Origin: Antedon mediterranea
Taxonomy: Eukaryota; Animalia; Echinodermata
Direction of reading: 5' to 3'
Assembly (NCBI RefSeq): GCF_964355755.1
Contig: NC_092671.1
Coordinates: 4,836,001 to 4,900,000, forward strand
Length of the DNA: 64,000 nt
The first letter of the stretch is position 1. Every line of letters begins with the position of its first letter. Shown in pieces: positions 1 through 11,000 of the stretch. The notes beneath the pieces were generated by a model. It worked only from the letters and a program-made list of their open reading frames with translations, did not search any database and was not told the DNA's origin. A program made the position numbers and the translations under genes.

Positions 1-361
1 AAAGTACAAATGAAAAATTTCTCGTAAAGTTTGAGAACTTACAATATCCAACTGGAAAGAAACTATCATCATACATTGAATGGAATGGACTCAAGCTAGA
101 AAACCACAAATTGATGGGCGAAGTCAGTAGAAATAAACAGTCTGAAATCGCTAGGTTCAACAAGTAGATATTCAATGAGTTGTACATATTATGTCGATTT
201 GTACTCAAAACAACGATTATTGATATATTCCCTACAAGACCAATAATAACAATTGGTATCGATAGATATATTGCATAAGCGTCAAGATCACTCTTAAAAT
301 ACGGATCCATAACTTCGTCCCAATCCTCGATCTCTTCCAACGAATAGTTTTCAGTTTTCAT
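1..361 (-). CDS. Rhodopsin-class (class A) GPCR, N-terminus to start of TM3; runs off the window edge
   Basis: Hand translation from the ATG at 361: MKTENYSLEEIEDWDEVMDPYFKSDLDAYAIYLSIPIVIIGLVGNISIIVVLSTNRHNMYNSLNIYLLNLAISDCLFLLTSPINLW...GYCKFSNF. It shows the TM1 GxxGN, TM2 NxYLLNLAxxD, a Cys at the top of TM3 and an N-terminal NxS sequon. The frame is open to base 1. Confidence 0.93.
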   Translation of the reverse strand, partial: MKTENYSLEEIEDWDEVMDPYFKSDLDAYAIYLSIPIVIIGLVGNISIIVVLSTNRHNMYNSLNIYLLNLAISDCLFLLTSPINLWFSSLSPFHSMYDDSFFPVGYCKFSNFTRNFSFVL

Positions 362-1060
362 TGCAAAAATACGATATATTTAACTGGTAAATGAAATTCT
401 TTACAAGATTTACTTTGTTTATAACCTGTCACGGTGTTTGATTTTGCTAGTATGTTCACGATGAATGATGTTAATGCAACATTTGTTCTCATATTTATAA
501 CTTTGACAATATTTGAGAGGGTAGAGGGCGCTCGAAATCTTAGAAATAATGATGATGTATTAAAAATATATTTGGAATACTTGTATAAAAGAACATACAT
601 TGCTAACTAAAATCAGATACCATGTTCAATATAACATGAATCGAGTCAGATGAATTTTGTGACAAAAAAAAATAAGTTAGTGGCTTCACAGTACCAAATA
701 ACATCTTCCAAATTAGTGATAACAAATAATTGTCCTTATTCGCGATATGACTTTTTGCATATAGTGTATTTTTACAATAGAAAAAGTTATTACACTTGAA
801 GCTGTTCCATAGAATAAGATTATAGACAACAAGTTACATGAAATGTCGATTTTTTTTTAAACAATAAAAAAAAAAGAAATAAAATTAGAAATATCGCTAA
901 AGAGAAAACACAATTATTATTCTTTTCAATATTTTCCCAGCTAATACTTGAAGTTTCAGATTACTTCTTATGAAATAATAATTATGCATACAACTGGTCA
1001 CAGCGAGGAGTTTGAGCTAGAAGGTTAGCTTTAAAAAGCTCCTGTTGATTACGCTTTATG

Positions 1061-4025
1061 TCAAGACTCACTAAACGCTTTTGATTGAATTCTAGAAATT
1101 ATCCTACGAGCATAGAAATCCTTGTAATCATCTGGTAGATTGTTCAAAGCAGTAATGGCACGATCTACTATCTGCATTGCTTTTGTTGCTGCTAATGGGT
1201 CTTTGTTTCCATATACATCTTTATGATCATAAGCAGACGGTTCCAAGTGTTGCCAAAAAATATTGACAGCAACTCCGAAGTCCAAGCTAGTAACGTTGTG
1301 AAACCATAATGCTTTTAAAAAATTAATACTTTATAAGTATAGTATAAGAAAGAAAGAGAGGCTAACATACGGGGACATTGAGACTCTGCTAATGAAAAAA
1401 GAGAGAAGAGAAACATGATGGGGATCTGAATGGAGGTAGAAGCAACCTAAAGAGATGGAGAGAATATGATCAAGATGATTTGTATACAATGTATATACCG
1501 TAAGCTTAGAGGTACTTTCAGACTACAGTAGAACTTTTGGGACACTGTCTCGAAAAATGAGCAGGTTTTAACATCCTGGCCAACCTCTATTTAAAGGACA
1601 CTTTGAATTGTCCTGAAGATGTCCCTTTAATATTAATTGTACTGTATTTAATGTTCTTTATTGAAGGCACTAATGTTTGATCTTTTTACCTCTATGATTG
1701 AGAGCTCTATAAAACCAAAACTTGAGTAGCCTCTCTGCACTAGCTAGATTTATCTTTAATAACAATTAAAAATAATATTTTTAAATATAATAACAAAAGA
1801 ATTACCTGGAATAAACAGAACATCACCTGGTTCAAGTATGCACTCATACCATGTAACATTTTTAAATAATGGATATTTAGAATAATCAGCATTTTCAATA
1901 TCAATCACTTCAGATTTATCACCTAAAAAAAATAATTGATGTAATTGTTATAAATAAATTAAATCAATGGTGGATTCAGATAAAGTACATTTCTGCTCTA
2001 AAGTATAACAAATAAAATGATAATATTAATGATGAGATAATGATAATGATGATGAGCCTACTCCAAATCAATGGGGCTTGAGCAAAAAAAAACCATTTTT
2101 TAAATATTATACTCACCAACAAGGTATAAATTTAAAGCATCTTTTGGGCTAAAAAGTACAACCTTTTTCCTACCATTGACTTGAATTAATATATTATCCA
2201 TTACCTGAAATATTAAAAAGACATTCTTGTAAAGCTGCATTTTATATCAGCACACATTATTACGTGAATTGTTTGCTTTGTTTAGGCCTATGTGTATTGT
2301 GTTATCTTAATTATTTAAACATTACTTGTATTTCAGTGAGACTAATCAACCCATTTATTTTTCTTTAAAAACTGCAGTTTCTAAAGATGGCTAATACAAT
2401 AATAGTACATACAGTAAAGGCCTTTTCACACAGAGATTGTGGGAATATTTTGGTGAGAAAGCTGGAGTTTTTCCAAGTCTAGACACAAGTTTTTCCCTTA
2501 AAATGTATTCACTTAGATAGAAGAATTTGTTAATTTTAAGGGTAAGTGTTTCCCTTAGCCTAAGTAGGAATGGTGAATACAGACAGAGCTTCACTACAAA
2601 TCATGTGAATACAGTAATGAACTTACATCATAATGGGTCCATAATTGAACGCCAGCTGATCCAACTCGAAGTACACTTGAAAAAAATCTATCAGTATCAA
2701 AAAACTTTGGTATTTCTAAATCATTTGATAGCACTGGAAACAATCGTTGAAAGTTAGATATATCCTATAGCGTAAAAGAAAATGTATTACAAATACATGG
2801 TATGATTGTGAAATTAAATTAAAATCATCTTGCTCAAAACCATATCTGATTTTTTAAGAATACATGTGCACTTTTTACTTATCAAATTTTTTATTGAATT
2901 TGTACCTCAAGAAAAGTCTGATTTTGGGAGAGTTTCTGGTTTCAGAGAGTCCGGTATTGGGAGAGTCAACTGTACAGTATTTATGATATTTTGTATGAAC
3001 CTTGTAATGTTAATAATTGTATTAATTTAACATAATAAACAAAATAATAATTGTATACCTTTCTTGGGTCATCTCCAAGCGATCTTAGATAATACTTTTC
3101 ATCCTAAAAAATTAAAGACTATTGGATTAACAGTCTTACCAAAAAGGTAACTTTTAAAAATACTACCCAGATTCTATACTTGCTTTTTTGACTGATGAAT
3201 TTTGTTTTGGTGTTCATTCTATGAAATGAATGACTATCGATTTATTGATGCTTTTATTAATGATTGTTATCATTGAGATGATGTCTTGTTGATAATAATA
3301 TGCTGTTATAAACTATTACTGATCATACCTCACTTAAAAAACATTCATGATTCTTTTCGCTTGCTGCTCTTTCAACGAAATCATCAAATGGTAATGTTCT
3401 AAAAGAAAAAAAAAAAAAAAATTTTGATTAGCAATCTAGGTGCTTGGCAAAACTTTGCACAAAGAACAACTTTATATGAAGTACACACTTACTTGTAACA
3501 GAAGTTCTTTTTAATGAAATCCATTTGAGGATTTGGGGAAACATGAATTTTCACTTGCTTCTTTCCAATAACTTCTTTCAGATAATCTTTGTCCCATTTC
3601 TCTTTACATTCACCAATTTTGACTCCTTTGAGGACAGCAGGCACACGCTGAAAAACATTAAACATAACAGTCCATGATTAGGCCTACCACCATCTCCATG
3701 ATCATATCCTTTTTTAATTAATAGAATCCTTGGCCGTGTTGTGGCACTCTTTCCTTTGGTTGGTCCAGTTAAGAAAGAATCAGATAAGACTAAAGAGGCC
3801 CAGACCCAGTTATACACAAAAATATAGCTCTAGCAGTGTGCTATACAACAAACGCGACCGATTTCAAACGCGACGCGGCCGCTAGGCCTAGCTAGTAAAC
3901 ACTAAAAAGTATTTCACTAGGGCTAAATAGTTACAGTATTAACAAACACAAACCTTAGGGTATATTGTAGATCTAAAGATGTCTTGAGTGACAGTATCAT
4001 ATGTGCACACATTTATTTTTGCCAT
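1061..4025 (-). CDS. TYW5: tRNA wybutosine-synthesizing protein 5 (JmjC hydroxylase), 8 coding exons, 311 aa
   Basis: Exons 3954-4025, 3493-3647, 3329-3398, 3059-3103, 2627-2764, 2117-2204, 1806-1922 and 1061-1311 are all GT-AG and total 936 nt in frame. Peptides [26 protein letters not shown] (HxD), GDVLFIPALWFHNV (distal His) and DVYGNKDP...YKDFYARR match TYW5 as I recall it. Confidence 0.97.
1525..1644. mobile_element. Degenerate Tc1/pogo-type MITE in a TYW5 intron
   Basis: TA|CAGTA...TACTG|TA ends. Related sequence (ttttgggac, ggccaacctcta, aggacac) recurs near 21960-22085. Confidence 0.45.
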
Positions 4026-4584
4026 TGTTGTCTTCTTCATAAGAAATAAATAGAAACATGTTTTGTTGACATTTTTAATTTTGTGTGACGTAACGCAAGT
4101 AACATGTATTCGAGTTATATTTGCTGTGAAAATCTTTCAACTAAAATTAACTGCCGACACTGCCCTGCTAGATTTCCAATAGAATTTTGTATAACTTTCT
4201 TTTTATACCAATCGAACACAAAATGCTAACTAAGGAACGTCGCTGCCGCATTTCTTTATCATTAAAAGGTTTCAAAATGTATCAATTAATAAACATTAAA
4301 ATATTTCATATAATGTGCTATAGGAATTACTTATAGAAACCTAATAAAAATTATCTAAAATATATTCTAAGTTATGAAATATAAGAATAAATATGCGAAG
4401 GTAATTATTCTTCAATAAAAAAACACAAAGGTTTTTCATAAATATCTTGTATGACGTCACTTAGTTATTTCCTCAGCAACTTGAACACGTGATCAAAACA
4501 GTATGGCGGCGACCCAAAACAGTTTCAGTCGTCGTTTGTTGCGTTTGTTTTTAAACTAATTTCTTTTCCAACAATGTAGGTTTG
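4026..4584. promoter_or_regulatory. Bidirectional promoter between TYW5 and the KIAA2012-like gene
   Basis: The divergent ATGs are under 1 kb apart. Motifs: CRE TGACGTCA 4452-4459, X-box-like ...TTCCTCAGCAAC ending 4480, E-box CACGTG 4486-4491, YY1-like ATGGCGGC near 4503, TGACGTAA near 4086. A GTGAGT donor at 4585 suggests a non-coding first exon. Confidence 0.7.
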
Positions 4585-5008
4585 GTGAGTCAACAGATTG
4601 ATAAATCAGTATACCTAAAATGTATATATATTCTAGTACTATAGAAGTTTTTGTTATTTTATGAAAATAACTACTGTAGGCTAGCCTAGCCTGGTGACAG
4701 GTCTAGCCTACCATACCAACCACCACCGCCGTCTCCTTTTTTGCTTTTGTGTAGCCTCTCTCTGGCCCTAGCCTAGCTAGCTAGCCTACACACAACACCA
4801 CCGGTCGAACCGGGTCTGCTATGCCTTTCTAGTGTAGGGCCTAGACCTTAAATTATATTCCTAGCCTAGCTAATGTTTGATTAACCTAAGTAAGCATATT
4901 TAGTAAAAAATTCTATTTTATTTTTGTTTTCAAATAGAAAGATGATTTATTATTAAGACTGAAAACAAATATTCCGTCCAGGCAGTATATATTTATTTAA
5001 AGAACAAT

Positions 5009-8000
5009 ATGGCAGGTGCTAACATTGGTCTGTCTAGGCTGAGTCGTGGTGTTGGAGAAGAAAAGAAAATTAAAGGTCATCGGAAGCTTGCGGTCTCATT
5101 GGAACCTGAGGTATTTTCAATATTTATTTGAAAATGAAAACGATACTTAACATATGATCTTCTTATTCTTATTAATATCAATAAAAAAAATACTACACAG
5201 GATTTCTTACATAGCACACCATTTTATTAGTTATTATACATTTATTTTCTTCATTAGTAATTAACTCTAAAACTTACTAAATTAATTTTAAAATGTTCCT
5301 CTCCAGGATTACTATAACTTGCATGCAAAGAAGTTCTTTCTACCACCAATCCAGCAATCAGCATGGCAAAATGAAAACATACTGAACCGTGAGATGCTGA
5401 CGCACAAAACATTCACCACAAGAAAAGGTGCCCTGTTGCTGTATGCAGAAGATTTAGCATCCATAGGGGAAGATGGCAATGGTGATGTCAAGAGGAAGAA
5501 GGCTCTTGAAGCTGAGGATACCAACTTGTTCAGCAGTACAAATGACTTTTGTAGTGCAATTCTTTCATATGGAGCAAAGGTATATATATTTTCTTTACTT
5601 CTATGGTCTTATAAAGTTTGTTTTAAAAATATAATTCAGTTCAAATACTACTTATAATTTATTCTTCATACGTAAAAAAAAAAAAAAATGTTATCCCAAT
5701 AAAACTCTCATACACCAACAGTATCCATGGGACGTTCTTATCTATAAATAAGGTGAAATAGAAAAATAAAATATGTTTTGACACTAGGCCAACTCTTATG
5801 GATTTACTGATAATTAATATTGCATCGAATATGTTAATATTTTTCAGGGAAATGATTCAAGTCCTGTGTTCTTAAATTTTGTGAAAGCAAGGAATAAATT
5901 AGGACCAAGACGATCAGTTCGTCCTGGATTTTCGGCCAAGCGGTATATGGCTAACTGGTCTCGCAGTTGGGACGATTCAATTCTCAACAAACTACGTACA
6001 AATGGTGAGGAAATAAACATCTATCTATTTCTAAAAAATGTTGATATAACATTACGTTTTTTTCATTTAGTATAGCACCTTTCTATACTACTGTACTGTA
6101 CATTTCAGTGGCGGTTTTATTTAAGATCCATTTTTTTTTATATTCTATCCTATTAAACTAAAATATGTAGGCCAGTCTGGTATAAATAAGAAAAAAGTGA
6201 CATTATAGACTTCTTCATCAGTACATCTATGGAATTTCTTGTACCAAACCTAAGTAGAGTTTGATGTTTTACAATCGTTGGGGAAATTGCCTCCTGCAGT
6301 GCAAATTAAATCCAAGTTTATAGTTTATTTGGTTTATTTTTTCTAGGAGACATTTGGGATAAGAATTTATTCCAGCCCAATGCTGCTAATCCACATATTT
6401 ATAGGCGGATTAACGATGACTTGTCACAATACCCGTCACCGTATCATGTGACCAGGAGCATGCTGCTGTCACCTGGAGATGTCCAACAGTATGAGTTTTA
6501 CAGAATCCGGTCAAATGACGGTAAGTAGTTTTCTTCATTTATCTTGTTTATTACTGATTACTGTATTTTTGTTTAAAGATGTAGTGTCCCTTGAAACACA
6601 AAAAAATGAAGGTCAAAATATTCTAAATTTAAATTGGCCATATCAAAGTAATATTAAAGTTATTCACTTTAAGTCGAAAATTCGAGCCAAAAACAACAAG
6701 TTTACGTAAGTAACAGGTAAATTAATTTGATTACATTTCGTCTGGAAAATCGCCACGAGCGAAAGTAAACAAAGATTTCAAACCACGAGTATGCATTATG
6801 CATGATGCTAATTAGGATTGTTTACAACTCGTTACGGTTGAGAAGGTGTTCTCATACAGATCGTGGGGAAGTTTTATGATTATGCATACAGAGTAGCCAA
6901 ACAAGCGCGTTGCATTATGAGATATTTTTTGATCAAAAACTTTGACTGGAAGTCAAAGTTATTTTTTGAACAAAAAACGTCTGTATTTCAGTTAAATTAT
7001 TGTTTTTTCGACTAATTTTTGGTGAAATTTAATAACTATTATGATACTTCAAAATGACCCACTTTTTTTCGAAATCTTTTTTTTTTTAATTTTTTTTTAA
7101 TTAGTCAATGGGACAATACATCTTTAAGTTATTACTGTGGTTTGTCTCTCTCAAAAAACAAAAACATTTATTGTGTACAACTTTTTGTTAATTGCTACCA
7201 GATGTCTCTAAAGTATGTCGACGGTTACTTGAAACAGTACCAGTTTAAGAATAATGACATTCTTGTTCAGGATGTTAGAGAACTTTCTCCAGATCAACCT
7301 TTGAACCTCAATGTCTGGATGCTCTTTAAAGTGTTTTTAATTGATTTTTAGACATACCAGAAGAAAAAGAAGATTCTGTCCATTCAGGTCAATCAGTACC
7401 TTTAGATGAAAGACTAGTGAATACAGCAACCATTGCAGTGGTAACAAGAGATAAAGACAATAAACCACATCTAGTATCGTACAAAGATCTAGATGGTGAT
7501 AAACAGACTGCAGTCCTTCAGAGGTTATTGGTTCAAAGTGTGATCAATCAGCATCAATCTATTGATGACTTGTTAGAGAGGATGTCATCTGTTAGTACTA
7601 AATCAGAGTCTGGAAGTGTTCTTCAATCTCCTTTGGTCCTTGATCTTGAGCAAGCCATTGTAGTAAGTTGAATAAGGCACATAAGGATAGTGTGTAATAC
7701 CTATACTGAGAAAAATCGTGATGTGCCCAAATATGGTAGTGATATGCCAAAATTGGTAGTGATATGACATCATCATGTTCATATGGGCTCATCAAGCCTC
7801 GCAGTGCCTTAAAAGGGTCTGCAAGTGTTCTCCTTTGGTTCTTGATCTTGAGCAAGCCATTGTAGTAAGTTGACTTTCTATAGGCATAAGGATAGTGTGT
7901 AATACCTATATTGCAGAATTGTAAGTTTATACAGTGTCAACAGTGTAAGGTATTCCAGTTTGAAATGATTGGGCCTAGACATTTGTTATTTTATTAATTT

Positions 8001-11000
8001 TTTTCAACAGCAAGTAACTTGCCTTTTATAGGGTTCGTAAACTATAATGTATTATGCTTATAAACTCCTTTGAGGCTAGTGAGTGGAGTTGAAAAAGTTA
8101 CAATCTTGTCACTAGGTCAGGATTGGACCTTGGGATTAAATTTGGCTTAATTGACATTATATCTGACTTCATTAATGTTCATTTTATTATTATTTATTTA
8201 TTAGGATTTAGTGACATCAAATTCAAATCAACTTCAGAGTGGTAATCAAGTTTTTCCAGCTCTTTCACCAACTCAAAGTATGATATATTTTCTTTCAATT
8301 CATTACACTTCTTTTATTATAAACTCCTATGATACCCTTTTCACATTCAAAAATGTCGAGAAACTCCGGAGTTACCCCTTTCACACCAACCTAGGAACAC
8401 CAGGGTTTATTTTGTTTGTTTACATAATGACAATAATTAGAATCATTTTAATTAATAATATTTTTAATTTAATAATTACTTTCAAAGGTAAGTAATATAA
8501 TGTTTTATTGATACTACTTATTATTTACTAGACCCGCTATATAAATGTTTAAAGTATTTTGCAATAAAACTAAAGCAATGAGTGATCGTGTGAGGATGGC
8601 CTTTGACCTTAAACTCCGGAGTTTTGATGTTTGTACCTTTCACACCAAAACACCGTGGTGTCCCCGCATTCGCTGTCCGGAGAATGTTCAGTTGTTCAAC
8701 CCCGCAGTTTTAAACTCCGGAGTTGCTTGATTTTACCTTTCACACCAAAACAGCGGGGCGTCAACTCTGGAGTGTCTCCAGAGTTTTGCTTTTGGTGTGA
8801 AAGGGGTATCAGAGTATTAGTATTACTGTTTACTCTTTCAGAAGATTCTATGCTAGAGCCAACACTTAACTCTGCAATAGGGCAATACATTCCACTACCA
8901 CCTATTACTTCACCCATCCCTGCCATCAGACCTCTGATGAAGAAGAAACCTTTAGGTGGACGATCAGGGAAATTACCAGCTCTGCCATCAACAAGTCAGT
9001 CATTGAGTTCCGGATCTTATTCTCTGGTTGATAGTAAGTTAATAATCAACAATATATTGTTTCTCATTATGTCTGTTTACATTTACTTATTTTAACATTT
9101 TACTGTTTCTTAATGGTTTCGAATATTACACATTTTTACAATTATTGAATTTTGTGATATTAAGTTCCGGATCTTTTGTGATATTAGGTGAAGAGTCTCA
9201 ACAATGGCAAGGCAATACACAAGAAGAGAACAACAATATTAAAGGAAGACTCGGAAAATTAGGAAACCTTAAGTCAAGTTCAAACAACTCATTAAACAAA
9301 GGTAGATTAGTTACTTTTACACCTTTTATGTATCTTTGTTTCCGATTGGTGAATTTGTCGTTAATTATTAGTTCTACCTCACAGACTGATAGTTATTGGT
9401 TGAATTAAATCAGTTATTACATCCATCTGTTTCACAATCCATTTTTATCACAGTTCCAGCTTCAGACGTGGACTTGACGTTGAAGTTATCAAATAACATC
9501 GATGGCAGCTTGGAGAACTTAGCAATGAATCAAGTACAGGGAGGATTTATGCCAAAATGGCAAGAGAAGAGTATGAGATCTTACAAGTCCAGCCTTAAGA
9601 GTAGCTCTGGAAGCGTTGTTATGGGTCCTGATGGTGACATCCTGGCTATTGGTGGATCTTATGTTCAAAGTTTAGCTAGTGCCAGTGAATATGGTAATTT
9701 TTTTCACAGTATATCTTAAAGCTGGACAACCTTTTGCTAGTCCAAAATATTTGGTTCGATAGTGAAAAGGAAATTGTGACCTTTCAGGCTTGTTAGAGAA
9801 TTCTTGGTTTTTGAAGAATCTAGTTTTAAAAGAGTTGATTGTGTCTTTAGTTTTTGTATTTGTTTGTATTACGTTCATTTTTATTTCTTTTAGACATTCC
9901 TTCATTTGTATTATCCTCTATTTAGCTGAATTTTAAGCTTATATTATCCAATCTTGATGCCAATAGGTAATGATGATGTCATTGAAGATGATGTCATCAG
10001 AAACCAGGAAGACGCTATGAGTAAATCAGAAAGCATTCATCCGCCTAGTGTAGCCACTGATGATAAGCAGGAAGATCAGGATGATCTTTCAGACGTCGTA
10101 TCATCTCAAAACGATTCTGCAGAATCTTTAAAGAATTTAGAAACTGCACAAGACAGAGCATCGTCTGGTGGAAACAGTGTAACAGAAGCAGTTGCAATGG
10201 TGGTAGATGGTGGAGAACTAGAACATGCAGTTACGGAAAATGATGGTGGACTTGGTAAAGAGAATGCACTGGATGAAACCACTGGTGATGTTGAGGATGA
10301 ACAGAAACAGGAAGAAGACCTTGATGTAAACACGACAGAGGGAAGTGTGCCAAAAGAATGGAAAGAACAAGAAGAAAATGAGGAAGAAGGAAAAAAACTC
10401 TTAGATTCGTCTGAAAATAAACCAGAACAAAGGGCATCTGAACAAGGTATGTTCTTTATCTTATATGATTTATAGCTTCATTTAAATGCTAAATATAAAT
10501 GCTTTTTACAAGTTTTGTTTATTTTATTTCGATTACACCAAACAGCTAGCTACAGTATGCCGTACACAAAATATAAAGTATATATAAGTTTCAAAACAAC
10601 AAATTGTTTTAGTTTTACTGTGATGATGTACGGAACTTAGAAAAAATTATGGAGGACGGGAGATTATACTTAAATATAATCTTTCATCATTCACCTCATG
10701 TCATTATATGTACCATTCCACTCATAAACATTCATTAATTGTATAATATATTATACTCAAGCATTGGATTATACTCCATCATATACATTTTTTTTTAATC
10801 ATCTTTTTTTCATATTGTCAAAGGTCAAGATCAAAATACTGACGAACAACAACCTCCTGATGCACAAGATATGGGCAATGAGGAAGAGGAAGTTCATGTT
10901 TCTGATGACAATCGTAGTGTTGTATCAGCAGCTTCTGTGATGGAAGATATCATGGGACAAGCTTTAAAGGTCGCAGAATCCGTCATTCAAAGGCCGCAAT

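Noticed and set aside
10106-10437. Antisense ORFs over KIAA2012-like exons (also 8696, 14827, 19175, 26286, 26578)
   Set aside because: These are shadow frames of purine-rich plus-strand exons.
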